A stretch of 64,000 nt of DNA, from contig JANJGN010000023.1 of the NCBI GenBank assembly GCA_026770705.1, forward strand, positions 5,828,001-5,892,000, in the 5' to 3' direction. The position numbers and the translations under genes are program-made. Below are positions 25,061 through 38,830 of the stretch, piece after piece. Position 1 is the first letter of the stretch, and every line of letters starts with the position of its first letter. This DNA comes from Isurus oxyrinchus (taxonomy: Eukaryota). The notes beneath the pieces are model-generated. The model was given only the letters and a program-made list of their open reading frames with translations, was not told the origin of the DNA and did not search any database.

Positions 25061-26399
25061 CTGTCAATCGGGAAAAACAAATTGTCAAACGACCTGCAGA
25101 ATAAAATGGATTCTGTTCTTCCTCCCTTTCTTTCACCACCAACGAGACCATGGCTCAGGGATGGCAATAAAGTATCCCAATTGAGAGCGGGGAGGGGGTA
25201 ACATTGTCGGCACATAGTCAGAAGGAGGAATGTGAACCCTTCATGTTTTATCTTGATTCTCATTAGCTCAGGCTGTTGTTTCACAACGCAGCATTACCTG
25301 TTCTAATGTAACTTCATGTCGTATCAAAATAAAGAGTTCCAACAACTTTTCTTAAAGGGGACACCTACACATGGACAAATAACTACAGTGAAGGCCTAAT
25401 TAATGTTTGATCGAAAATGTTATTTCTAATGCAGGTTGCACTAATATTGATTTTTAACGATGCAAAGCAATGGCATAAGGTACGGCAGATAACGTTACAA
25501 AAAGACATGGCTGTCCCGAAAGCTTCATTGCAAACATATCACTGTGTTTAAAACACGGTTAGTATAGCTGGGCCATGACAGACAACTGTATCTCAAATTC
25601 TAATTAATAATATTAATTTTCTGATAGAAAATGCTCACCTAGGTTAAGATAAACGGAATTATTCCCTGGGATATCTCAGGCCATTCAAACTCCTATTAAC
25701 TTCCAAGCGTCAATATTTTGTCCAAGCGGCCTTATTGTGAATTGTTTTAGAACAGAATTGTTGCATTGCAAAATAACGTTTAACCCCTATAATTTCGCCT
25801 TTATACTGGACTTTCACTTAAAGGTTATGAATTGTGCAAGGGAGGAGGAGAAATCATTTGACGAACAGGGGGCAGGAAAGCACAAACATGGGTACAGTTG
25901 TTGTCAGCAGAAAGTCATGAAACTTTTTATAAAGCTTCTCCACGCTTTTCATTTTGTATTATTTGCTGAAAGTCTTACATCCTTTTGTTAATTTTAATAC
26001 AATAGTTAACGCATTTTTATACGATGTTTTGCAATTCGCCATCCTATTGTGAGCGTTGTGACGAAATGCTTTAAGCTGAACTGTTTCCATAACCTTTTAG
26101 ACTTATACGTAGTTTAAAAAAAAACATGTAACGCGATCTCTGCGGTAAACCTTGCTATATATGATACAAATGTTATTCATGCATCCAATATCGCTGTAAT
26201 AAATTGTTGTATGAACCAGGAGCCATTACTGACCAATAAGGTCAATATATCCAAACTGTAAATACAATTGCAGGGTTTCTCAACATGTTCACAGTCCGTT
26301 TTGATAAAACATAAGCTGCTTCAGCTCCTCTGCCACTAAAAAGTATTTTTCTGAAATCCTGTGGTTACAATAAAACTAGGATTTAACCTTTAACATTTC

Positions 26400-26450
26400 C
26401 CGGCATGGTGGGCCGAACGTCGGTGCTGTATTTTTTCATGTTCCAATGTT
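26400..26450 (+). mobile_element. Short CR1-type LINE 3' tail remnant
   Basis: GGCATGGTGGGCCGAA...GTGCTGTA...CATGTTC resembles CR1 3' ends (from recall). Confidence 0.4.
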
Positions 26451-26603
26451 AGCCCAGTTACAAGTGCGGTAAACCACTAAATAGGTGGTTTTTAGGGTAG
26501 AAAACATTAAATGTAATTTCGTTGAGGGAAGTTACACCCTCACATAGAACACACTCTTGGCTTTACTGAAAGGGTTTAAGTTCATGGAACAGCTGGGAGA
26601 TAG

Positions 26604-26661
26604 GTTTCTCTCCACAGGCGCTGTTAGAACTGCTGAGTTTTTCCAGCATTTTCTGTTTTTG
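26604..26661 (+). mobile_element. Fragment of the Penelope-like terminal repeat family
   Basis: TTTCTCTCCACAG.CGCTG...TGCTGAGTTTTTCCAGCATTTTCTGTTTTT is homologous to 26985-27040. Confidence 0.6.
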
Positions 26662-26861
26662 AATAGGTTTATGCATTCAGTTACTCTAAGTAAACTTACC
26701 AAACTAATAACCTCATAAAGAAGCGGCCGATATAGTTAAAATTTTCGGCCCATGCAAGAAACGGCGTATATGGTGCAGGGGACAATTCCTTACCGGCCAA
26801 ATTTCAATCAGGTTCAGAGGGCTATCTGAGTATCACAGTTCAAAGAGCCTATAAATGAAAT

Positions 26862-27075
26862 AAAAACAGAAAACGTTGCAAATAACTCGGCAGGTCTGGA
26901 AGTATCTGTGCAGAGGGAGAAACAGAGTTAACGTTTCAGATCGTCACCTTTCATCAGAACGACCTGAAACCTTAAGTGGATCCCTATCTCTCCACAGATG
27001 CTGCAAGGCCTGTTGTGCATTTCCAGCATTTTCAGCTTTTCTTTTAGATTTTCAGCATCCGCCGGATGTTGGTTT
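26862..27075. mobile_element. Fold-back (inverted repeat) Penelope-like element remnant carrying a hammerhead motif
   Basis: Left arm 26862-26943 is an imperfect reverse complement of right arm 26960-27040. CUGAUGA...GAAAC core on the minus strand. Confidence 0.65.
26927..26960 (-). ncRNA. Minimal type I hammerhead ribozyme motif
   Basis: GUU-CUGAUGA-A-AGGU(GACG)AUCU-GAAAC-GUU-AAC: stem I GUU/AAC, stem II AGGU/AUCU, palindromic stem III AACGUU. Confidence 0.55.
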
Positions 27076-30000
27076 TGGTCTACACATGGCCAGGCTCTTG
27101 TTTAGAACTCAAGATGTTATTTTGTTCACCATATTCAGTGTCAGGTCACAATTCCCTAGTTCTAAGTGCATTCGTACAAGACCTTACTGCCTCTTATAGT
27201 ATTTAAAGTCAAGAACTTGTAACTAACAATTGGCAAACTTTAACGGCCGGTCTTTGAAGATCCAGCCGCATATTTGGGAAGTTCCTGATGTTTGTTTTGG
27301 CCATCCGGTGGCAATGCAGATATGCGAATTTGTCTACACTTTTCAGGTTAATAGTTTGTGGGAAAATACGTGAAAGACAGGGGGTTTAATTATTATATTT
27401 CCCTTTCAAATGTGCCTACCTAATGTTTCAAAAGGTCCACAATGAAAGGAACTATATGATAATCAGTCTGAAATCACGCTAGGCTCCTTCAGATAGTTTT
27501 CTTTTCTAGATGATGCGTTGTCAATTTGGTTTTTTTTATGCTGTGAGTGAAAATTGCACCATGTGTTACATTTTCTGTTCAAATACTATATCTTATTGGA
27601 GTAGCTCCCTAGATGAACATGGAAACTGCGTTTTGTGAGTACATAGGCCTGAATACATTTTAAATGCGGATAATTACTCAACAAGACTGAAGTGACCGGA
27701 ACAGCAAGGGCTTGGCAAAAAGTGCTATCCTACATAACCTGGAGTTCAGTTTAAATATTAAAATGCAAGTGTATACTATATTTTAAGCGACCTGCTAATT
27801 ATTGACTGATTGAAGGATGTTAAGAGCATGCTGTAAAGCCTTATTGTACAACTAGTTATGTGCATGAACTCTACTATCGGGTTTTATGTTATAACTGTCC
27901 TTATTATTTTGTAAGAATAAGATGTACTGTATAAAGAAATTGTGTGGGAATTAACTGATACCTATGACTTGCAATAACTTTCACTTTGTTGCGTACAAGT
28001 TCAATTTTAAAAACAGCCAAAATCCCAACTCAGTATAAGGCCTCCATCTTTATTAGCTACTTTGTGCCGTCATTCGGTTCTTTGTGTGAAGCTGACGTTA
28101 TTTCAATGCAGCAAAGATGGCGGAATTGTTGTTGTCGATGAGTGTAGCTTTTCGCCTAAGATTTTTGTCATCCATCAAGAATAGAAATTCCATGGAAGTC
28201 AAATAAATCCCTGAAACTGGACATATCAACTAAACTGTGCAATAAATGGAACACAGCGGTGATATGTTACAAATAGTTTTTTATAAGTACTGCCCAATTT
28301 TATTGCACTATACGGAATTAAAATATGACTAGGATTAAGTGCTTCCTTAGAGATCAACTAAATGATTAGAAAGAAACCAGGAGATTCTCTAAAGTTACAG
28401 AGGAAATATATCGGTAAATCCTAACAGTCACCAATCAAGCTTATATGTCAGATTGAAATAAATGTTACCAATTCAGGATCACCTAGTCTGTGATTTGGGT
28501 GATCACTGCTGATTTCGTCCAACTGCTATCAAAAATGCCATCGTTGCGTCCATATACAGTTCAAGATGTGTCAAGAATGAAACACATGATTCTCCCGTCC
28601 TAATTGAGAGGTAATTTAACTTCTGAGGTGCTCTCGGGATATATCCCGTGGGGCAAGGGGCACCTATGCCTCTTTACAATACTTTGCCTCATTTTCAAAG
28701 TTTAACGTGTGCTTAACATGTCCCAGATTTGCATAACAATAAAAGCATTTGTATGCCCCATTGTTACTTGATGCTTAGTACTTGAACTGTTAGGGATTGC
28801 AATGCTTTTACAAAGTGTTTGCCGATTTTTATGTAAATGACGTGGCCTTGCTACGCAGTGTTTCATTATTTTATGTGTGTGTGTAGGTGGAGGAATTCCT
28901 TTTTGGTGGATCCAAGTTAATTATAACTTCCTCCGAGCTATTGCATCCTGGTGTTTATCCATGTCTTTCCTCGTGTGTAGCGGCTCAGCATTGGCGGGGT
29001 GGGGGCGGTGGAGGGGTTAGGAACTACAGTTACTTTTTAAAAAAGTTTTCCCGGAAAATACAGAAATGTGGCTTAATAATTACCTGTCAGGCAACAATTA
29101 ACTTCTGAAAGAATCGGCAAAGCGCTACCAGTAACCGTTTTGATATTCATCTCATTTCTCGTAGATTGTGTTAGAATCAGATCACAGCAATCGGAATTAT
29201 CCACACCTACCAGGAAATAGCAAATGGAGTACCTCGGATTGCAAATGTGCATGTCGGTTCAATTTGGTTGCCCCTGTGGTTCTTTAATTCCTAATTTACT
29301 CAACAGCAAGTTTTCATATATTGCCGCAATGCTTCTGCAGCGCTGTGTGATGTAATTTTTCTTAGGTGCCATAATCTAGCTCCATGGCAACAAATAGAGT
29401 TTAAGTGGATATCACATGGTGCCACCAAGCTCAATTTATTTATATGCAGTATTTGGAATTCATAATTTCATCTTTGGCTTGTTTTAATACATGAACTAAT
29501 CATTGATAGACTGTCGCTCGAATGCTTTGTTGCTCACTGAATGTCAGACTTAAATCCAATATATATCAACACCCACAATTATTTATTTAAAATATCGCTG
29601 GCCACCAATGCAGTATTTGCATCAAAACTTCAAACCCGAGCACTGCTTGTGGTTTCATTTATAAGCGTATGTTTTTATGAATGCCTGCATAAACTAGCTA
29701 TGCTGCAGTGTTACCCACCCACACACACGCACACATACACAGCTGTTTGTGTGAAGATACACATACTAACGGCAAGGATTATTAATTAACCGATCAGTTC
29801 AATCTGTTTGCCTTTGTGTATACGTGTAATTATATATACCTATACACATATAGATATGTCCATATAACAGAATTATAATTATATGATATATGGGCAATTT
29901 TGTGAACATTTATATATAATTACATTTACACATAATCATGATTATATACTTATGTTCATAAAGCCACTAAGCTATATGAATGAATATAATTATTTAGTGT

Positions 30001-30433
30001 TTTCCGTTGTAAAGTAACCGCTAGTTTAATTGTATGTGTACTTGATATAACTGCAGTTTTATGCTTCCTTCTTAAGTATGCCTTGCGTTTGATAATGCTT
30101 ATTTGTTTTTGCCTAGGTGAGTTGTTTATATTGGGGACTTTTATAGCGATTTCTACTGCAACTAAGGAGTGGCCTTCAGAACAGGAACCATCCGCTGTTT
30201 TGATCTTTAAAAGGGTCACTTAAACGTGTTTGTAATTTACTCTGCCGTAAGGGGCCTGTCCTATAAATTACTCAAGGTATTAATTTGTACTGAGGGATCT
30301 TTGTGCTGGAGACAAAAAGGCTCCTTTATGACCTGAATAAAGTCACCTTGCCGCAGATGAGAGTGCTTGCCTGTGTTCCTGCTCCAACTGCCCTCTAATT
30401 GTTTCTCTTCCTTTCGTTCATGATTTTACCCAC

Positions 30434-31157
30434 CTTTCATTTCCTTCTCGGGAAGGGGTTTTTCCGCGCCAGGAAACTGTAAAGAGGATGTTTCTTGTAC
30501 AAAGGTACTTTCTCTTCCCCCTGTATCCTTTCCCGGGACTCCGCGGCCCGGATCTTTTGAGGTGCTCACTTTTAATTCTTTTTCACCTGGTTTTGAGGAG
30601 GACGACGTAGCGAAGGAAGAAGTGAAAGAAACACTGGAGTGAATCGAGCATGGAGCAGTGACTGGCTGTGGCTGGTTGTACTCCGTCGGTTTGTTTGATG
30701 AATAGCTCGGTTCTGAACGGAAATAGCTGGGCATGGGAACCCTGCCACTGTCATTTGTGCAGGTTTCAGAAACCACCCTCGGATAGACTGAAACCTCAGA
30801 GTGCGTCTTCGAGTGCTTATCCCCGTCTAATAAACAATAGTTGGCTTCTTCCTTCACGCTGGACGTGAAGGAATAAGTGTTTATCTGCTGAAGTCGGCTG
30901 GTGTGGTTGGGTGGTGACGAGTTTGCCCACCCTGCCATGCCTGGCACGTACTGATGTGGAACCAAACCTATACCTTGCTGGCTGTTCATCTCCCCTTGTT
31001 TACGATGTGCTAGGCCAACTTGCCAATTCTGCACCCCGTAGCCCTGGTCCGCTCTGGAGGACAAATAACCCCCAGGACAGTAAGGTTCAGCTCTTCTGGA
31101 GCAAATTAAAGACTTCACTGAAAACGAGCTGGAAGCAGAATTCTCCGAACATGACAT
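30434..31157 (-). CDS. HOXB10: HoxB10 exon 1
   Basis: MSCSEN...SFSVKSLI, SVKEE and VPMPSYFR motifs of Hox10; donor AAG|GTGGGT. Phase 1 gives 996 nt / 331 aa. Confidence 0.92.
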
Positions 31158-31199
31158 AGCTGCAGCTTAATTTGCTGAGGAGGGGGGAAGGGGGAAAAA

Positions 31200-31315
31200 A
31201 GGTCTTTATCAAACTGACATTTCACTTGGAGTCCTCAGAAGCCGGCTATGGACAACTTCCTCCCAGCCGGCCAATCAAAATCCCAGCAGCCTCTGCAGGC
31301 TCCGCCTCCATCACG
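31200..31315 (-). promoter_or_regulatory. HoxB10 proximal promoter (CCAAT and GC box)
   Basis: GGCCAATCA at ~31269 and CTCCGCCTCC at ~31300, just upstream of the ATG. Confidence 0.45.
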
Positions 31316-34300
31316 GGGTTTTGAAATGAGAAGAAAATTGATGTATTTGTGGGACTCAGAATCACCCGGTTATTGTGACAAATACAAGCTTGTTAATTCA
31401 GCTTTTACAACCAAGTTGGAGGGAATCCCCTCCTGGTCGACAAATGCACACTCACCAGTTCAAATGATAGAATTACATTTTCTGTGGCAAAATGAAACAG
31501 AACAAGATTATTATTTGTAGTTTTTTTCAGACAGTATGGCGACAGCGGGAACGCTAGGGGAGCTCTGCGCTTTTTCCAAGTTCTGTCTTGTGGTAACCCA
31601 TGACTGAAGTAATGGTTCAGTGGAAATAAAAGGAAATCCACCAGTAGAAACATTGTGTTAATTTTCAGGAAGAATAATTGTGACACCTTCAGAAATATCC
31701 GCATATATAATAATGCGACAGATAAATATATACATATAAACTTATTAGAACAGCTATTTGCTAATTTATGGTTTCAATAATGACATAAAGTCCTGGCAGC
31801 AACAGCATTCTATCGAATGGGCATAGAACTAGGAATTAATTTTAGATGAAGTTGAATTTTATATTTTTGAATGTTACACCAACATGACTTTGAAAGTTGA
31901 AGCTTGTTTTATGTGCTAAATGTGGTATTTCCCATATAATGATAGCCCTGGGGTGGGGATCCGCAATTTGTTAATTCATAAGGATTCAACCAATACGAAG
32001 CAACACGGCTTAAATGATTTGTAACAAGCAACAAATGTTTAATTTTTGTTGTAACTTATTTCTCTTGACCTTTGTTAGATTCAAACAGAACAAGATACAA
32101 AGATGGGCGCATCACCTGGACATGTATCTTACTCCGTTCAATTAGTTATTGAAAAACAGTACTTAGATTTTATCTATTTATTCTCTTTGCAGTTTCTCAA
32201 ACTTCTTGTTTCTCCGGCATTTTTCAACAGGAAATGACAACACCTCTTCATACAGCTTCGATTTTATATTCCGGAGACTTTCCTCCCTTCGCCCATTTTA
32301 ATTTTTATCGAAGTCTTTACGCCCTATATTTGCTTTTAATGTTCCACGTATTTTAAACCTGCCATACCTATTTATTTTTGTATTCAAATTTGCCTCAGTG
32401 AGTTAGAGAGTTGAGCACATAAATAAACAATCACACAAGTAATGAATAGATAATTTTACTAATGGATGTGCGGATATTGTGAATGATGCAACGTAAAAGC
32501 AGACATATCTGTCTCAAAGGACGGAGTCTCAGGCTTGCAATATATTTGGAGAGAACTGTGCACTACGAGTCCAATCGTTTCGCCATTTATGCATAATCAT
32601 TAAATCTGACTTTATGCACCCCTAAGGTTTTCAACTGAGATCAAATCTCCTGTGCAAACATGTTTTTGCAGCAGCAGTCGAATTAAACTAATGCGTTTTT
32701 AAAAAGAAAGGCAGGACTATGTAAGTTGCCTGTTTCCCGAGAGTGGAATATTTTATATCTGCCAAATTCACGCAGAGACGCCAATGCAGTAAAAAAAAAA
32801 TCTTTATTAGCAAAAAATAAAGTTTTAACTTTGAAATACTATCCCCCGCGGGGGTCTCACGTTCCCAACTGTAAATATTTTTAGAACAGAAAAAAATTAA
32901 ATCTGACGATGACAGATAGGAGCATTTTTATAGACAACTGACTAACGAACTACAGATTTGTTGAAATTGTCCTTTTCAGCCTCAATTAAATCTACTTTCG
33001 TGAGTAAAGCTAAATCTGTACAGTCCGCACATTTTTTAATCGTCTGGAAGCAATGCCAACGAATCAGCAACGTGAGTTTGGAAATCCGACCGGAACTTGT
33101 ATGACTGAATTCGGGCGCAGGTAAAATTCGACGCTTCTCCCAGCGCTTGCTGCCCCCACCCACCCCGAGAAATATATCATCTAAAATTGAAAATAAAGCA
33201 CCTTTGTATGAATAACTGGGCTTATGTACAATTCATAACCGAGCAATATATCAGAGTAGCATGAGGGGATTGTAGCATGTTATTGCCACGTGGACAGGGC
33301 TCGCGTGGGGGCAATATTCCATCCCAAACTGCAGCAATAATTCTACAGAAATGACAGAGACACTGCTTGTAAGAGAATAAGCAGAGGATTATCCCGGCTC
33401 GTGTTTATAACAAGGCCCTGGAGTACAGCATTGTGGGCAGCCGTGTAGAATAATCTAAAGCGAGCTGTATTGTATGCGAGAGAACGACAAGAGTAACGGT
33501 TTAGAGTGGATTTATAAATACGAAAGTGTTATACAGTGAAAGGGCTGCAGTACACGAGTAAAGCACACCAAACTGAAACCTTAGTCAGTAACTCCCAGCA
33601 AGACATATCGATAGCTGATACTGCCTCCCTAAATTACCAAATAGAACATAAATGCAGGATTCAGAACTATATAGATAATCCCACATTACATAGAAATCTC
33701 TGAATAGGTATGCAACCCATGCTGTATGTAGCTGAGGTCTGAAATCTCATTTACGTTCTATGCTTCACCTAAACACACTCGCACAACACTGCATGACTGT
33801 ATCGATGGGCACATAATGCGGCTAGATTTTGTATCCCATATTGAATGGAAATAACACATATACCTGCGCATAATGATAAATGGGCCTGCTAGAGGTTATA
33901 ATTGCCTCTCTCACACTTTATTAAGGATATACTGGTGCAAAATCAGGGATTTGTTTCACCTTGTGAAAATTTGTAAAAACTGTGGAGCTAGAACTCATAA
34001 CTGAATAGTGAGGTACAAATTAAATCTTTAAAACACCGAAATTTGGGATATGGTTACGAACAATCCACCCAACATGAGACTAAGTAAATAGATAAGTAAT
34101 ATGATTATAAGTATTTTTCGTGATTAATTCGGCCTCCGCAGCACACGTCAAGCCATTAGTGTATTTCGTTTTAAAACTTTTTTTCTTACACACGAATTTG
34201 CACATGGACCTTAGTAAGCAGTGCATGCGCCGCTGAGCAGGCAGGATTTGCCGCTCAACGCAATGTACATGTGCTTAATTTAAATAATAACATTAATTTT

Positions 34301-35321
34301 GTATCCTTTTCCATAAAACTCTTGGGGATTTTAAATTATAAAAATAATGCACTTCATCCGCAACATTATTTAGAAAATCTTTGTACAGAGTTTTTTTGTT
34401 TGTTATATGACTCGAGCGGTTTTCCTTTAACTCGAATTAACGTTGAAATGGAGGCGAAGCTTCCCACAAACCTTCCGAAATCTATAACTCAGAATCCAAG
34501 GGGCTCACGATAAGAATTATTGCGCTGATTTAATAAACACACACTGAGGCAGTTTCGAGTGCGGGACGTTGTTTGATGCTGATGTCTGTTTGGTGAAAAC
34601 GAGCCATGTATAATTCTAAGATATTTTAAATCAGATTTATACAATTAAGTTGACAGCACCAGCACCAGGAACCCTGCACCGTGATTGTTTAAGGAAGAGT
34701 TGCAATTGCAACGCTGAATTTAAGTGAAGGATTCTTTTTGAAAGGGTCACATTATTTTTCTAGATTCAAAACACGGTTCAGTAATAACTCATTAACGAGA
34801 GCCTCAGTGAGCGATGGGCAGGGAGAAGGGGGGAGGAAGCGATCTGGGCCCTTACCTCAAAATGGCGTCAGAAGTCGAACTACCTGGGAGAAATTCATCC
34901 AAATACTGATTTCTAGAAACTTATGAAACAATATTGCTTTCTTGTTCCAGGATGCCAAATAATAGGATGAGATCCAACAATAAATAGTCGATCTTAACGG
35001 AAAATAAAAGTTATCCCAAACTAATATTGTAGGCGTCATAATTTTGCCTAGTTAGCGCACTTATTCTTGAAAATCGAAATAACATAACCGTTGCATCTAA
35101 ACTGATTAAACTTCCAGGTCTCACCTTCAGCCCACACTAATGGTTGTGGCCTTATTCCTCACACACACTCTCTCTCTCTATTTTTCCCCTTCTCTCACTC
35201 ACTCGTTCGTTCGTTTCGTTGAAATGTACATAAACGGGAAAGTTTATAATACTGAGCCGTCGCATAAAGAATATATTTACTGGACATATCAGTGAAATGG
35301 TCATATTATCGACCATTCAAT

Positions 35322-35385
35322 AGCAACAACTTGCGTTTGTGCTGGCTCTCTAACAAAGGAAAGAAGCGTCTTAAATCGCCGCATT
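35322..35385 (-). mobile_element. L2/SINE 3' tail remnant
   Basis: GCAACAACTTGCGTTTGT...CGTCTTAAATCGC resembles the reverse complement of the L2 tail at 44690-44755. Confidence 0.4.
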
Positions 35386-36311
35386 AATGATATCTAGTCA
35401 GTTTTTAGGATATAGATAGATACAAGGACAGTTACATGAGGCCTTTTCGAACCCGCTCGTTCTAGGTTTCCTCGTGAGAAGCTCGTGCAAATAACAAGGG
35501 AATTTGCTGATTTTCTATCACAAAACTGACAGAAAAGAGAGTCAGAGCAATGTCAAAACAACTCGAGTCTGTGTACAATGGTTACCGACAATAAGGATTC
35601 ATATTTGTTACTAACTGGCAACTGCGGCATTTTTATCCACACGAGTAAATAACCTTTAAGGTTAAAGCATGATTGAAGCTCGATATTAATTTGTGGCGAC
35701 CCGATTATATTTACTTGCAGAAGTTAGGTAATTGTCCCCATTGGGGGTTCGGAGAGCAATGTTATAAATTACAGCTTTCTAACTTAAAATATAATGTTGA
35801 AACGGGGATTCATTTCACTCCGACACATTCATTCAATTTCATGCGACGTCTGTGCATCTCTGATATCATTTGGTCGCCACCCGAATCAATGACCCGTCTC
35901 CCGCACAGATTCGTTTGGAACACAATCAAAGCTCGGTCCTGTAGCATTCAAAGTACAGTAATGTTTAAAATTGCAGAAACCCAGAGGGAGACGGTGTTAC
36001 GGTTAAATTCGGAAGTCGGGTCCCACATTCTGCGCATTTTATTTTTATGTTAATTTCGGGATCTCAAACAGCGCGCGGTGAATGAAAGGAATGAAACGCC
36101 AGGAAACGAAACAACCACGAAATGCACCACACGAAACGCCAAGAGTCTACTTTCCGACAGAAAATTTTCCTCGAGACATCAGTTTACGGCTAATCGCAAT
36201 GAATGGGATTAAAAATAAAACCTCATGAAGTCGGCCGACATTTCAGTTCCTGGTTTTTATGTCCTTATTGACAGCATAACTCAAACTTGTTTAGTCAAGA
36301 ACGCTGCTCTG

Positions 36312-36388
36312 TAATCTATCTATTTATCTGTCTATCTGCCTATATATCTATATATATATATATATATATATTCTATCTATTATATATC
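36312..36388. repeat. (TCTA)n/(TA)n microsatellite
   Basis: Direct reading. Confidence 0.8.
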
Positions 36389-38742
36389 TCCATCTGTTTG
36401 CCTCAATTCTCCAAATTGAAGACGATGTGATCATTTCCGCTCCCTCAGCCCAATTTCTTCTCCTTTAACCCGTCGCTTCAGATGATCACAAAATTGTGGA
36501 GCCTTTTCTTTTTTTCAGGATTGGCCTCTTTCAGATTGTGGGCATGTAAAATTCAAACTTCATAGCAAAAAATCGTAGTTTCCTGTTCACATCTATCGTA
36601 CAGATCTTCTCAAGACCTTGCCTTATTTATCCTCTGGACTTTTAAACTAATCTCAAATCGACCCGATACACGTGTCCACGCTAAGTGAAGGCGATGACTC
36701 AGCATCTACCTTTCTGCAGACTGTACGAGACTCTTCCATGCTCCTTCTGTAGTGGAACAAAACTGTTCTGCATAAACCCCCACGATAATAAACAGAAACT
36801 CAATACCCTCAAAATGAGGCCTGGACAGTCTATCTTAGTTTAACGATAGAACAGTAAGAGACATTAATACTCTTGTAATAGTCCCCGACCCTAAACTTCC
36901 ACCTCTCACCTGAATTAAACAATGTTCTGGACTGAACTGTAAAGGACTTTTTAAAGTTATTGATACTTTTTTTAAAAAGGCAATTCAGATAGGAGCAGGA
37001 CCAGCACACAATTCCTGGAACTGGGAAATTACATCTCCGAATGAAATACAGGTCCTGAGTATTTTAAATTAAGTGAGATCTGGCAACTGATTGGGCGATC
37101 ATTTAAAAAAATACGCCTTTTTCAGTAAATTCTAATTTGTTAACTTCCCATCAGCAGCAAGCCAGATTCGGCGCGGTTTTATAAAACAAAGGTAGCGGAA
37201 TCAACGCGAGTCAACATTTCTAACTTATTAATGATTCAAATATATCCATCCACTGGCCCATTCTTGGTATTTGATTACTGTAAAGTGCTGCTTTTGCACA
37301 TTTATTCCTCTCTGAACTTGTCTCGCAAGGGAATGTACCGAAACTACTCCAAGAAGCATCTTTTTCATTAGTTTACACGTTTACAGCCGCGAGGCTACAA
37401 TCTTCTTGTTCTTTTTAAACTCACCCACGTTAATGATGTTCTGACCTCGAGTTTGCGTCAACCATTCACTCTCTCTTAGCGCCAGATGAAGGTCAAGTTT
37501 GTTTTTTAAAAATCCAAAACAAAAACCACAAAACCCATCGCAGTGAAAACACTTCCAGTTTCAATATTACCTCAGATTGTAACTCTAACCATCTGTCTAT
37601 CAATCTAGCTCAATGCAACTGGCCGTTTCTCCTGTTCATGGAGGCCACCAATCACATACACATTACAAGAGAGTATCACATTTTCCTAAATACTCAAACC
37701 AGAGAGGATCACAAGAATTGCATTATTTCAGCCCTTGGCTTATTTCGTAGCGGGCACAGTTATAAGGGTTTTGCCCTTCGTTCTCGCGAAACTCCGAACA
37801 CTGACTTTGACATTGACTGCTGCAGTCATTCACCCGTTCAAATATCTTAATACATTTTCTAAATGCAACATTTATTTTTGAAAGATCGAGTAGCGTAACG
37901 GAAAACGGCATTTCGATTTATCCGTAAATAACTTCCTGTCATGTCATATAGATACGATATTCTGCAGCCACTGTAAGAGCAACATGTTCCGTTTGTAATG
38001 GAGGAAGAATTATATATTCGGAATACCTGTAGATCAGACGCTAATTATTGGTCTGATTTCACTAATATAAGCTAATCTTTGGCACGTTTGAGGCCTTCAT
38101 CAAAACGACATGGACATGATTTAGAATTAAAGGTTTGATTTCAGTCATTATTCTTGTTATTACTGCATGAAAATGAAAATACTGCATTTCAATTAAAGCT
38201 TAAATAAAAGCTAAATGGATTTTCTTACTCGCCTGTATTGTCAGCTTGATCAGATCGAATAGACTTACATATAACGCGGTCGCCTTGGCCAAGCTAGCAG
38301 TCAGAGAGAATGCGCCCACACCAACTGCATCTCAAATTCAGCTTTAAACCCTTTACCAACAACAGTATTTCATCTCGGCAAAGCCTGTAAAGGAGATTCT
38401 CCGTGTAGGATGAAAGGAATAACACAGTTTATTCTTTGTTTCAACTGATTCCAAGTTTGCGATTTAGGTAATATTTCATCTCTATTACTTACCTGTAAGC
38501 ACTCCCTTGCCAAAAACTCGCCTACTTCGACTTTCTGGTGTCATCAAAGTAACACGAAGAACCCGAACGTAGAGCAACAATAAGGATCTGGTGTATCCGA
38601 GCCCACAATTCTGGCAATCTTACGCAGTCATGTGTATTTGATAAACATTAATAAATTATAAACAGCTTTCTAATGAATCATTGGGGTTGTAAACTCATCT
38701 CTGCACAAAATAGTTTTAAAAATACCATTCAGCCAGCCCAGG

Positions 38743-38830
38743 ACTTAAATAAAGGTCCAACTTAAATAAAGGTCCAACTTAAATAAAGGTCCAACTTAAA
38801 TAAAGGTCCAACTTAAATAAAGGTCCAACT
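38743..38830. repeat. Perfect tandem repeat, 5 x ACTTAAATAAAGGTCCA (17 bp)
   Basis: Copies start at 38743, 38760, 38777, 38794 and 38811. Confidence 0.95.
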
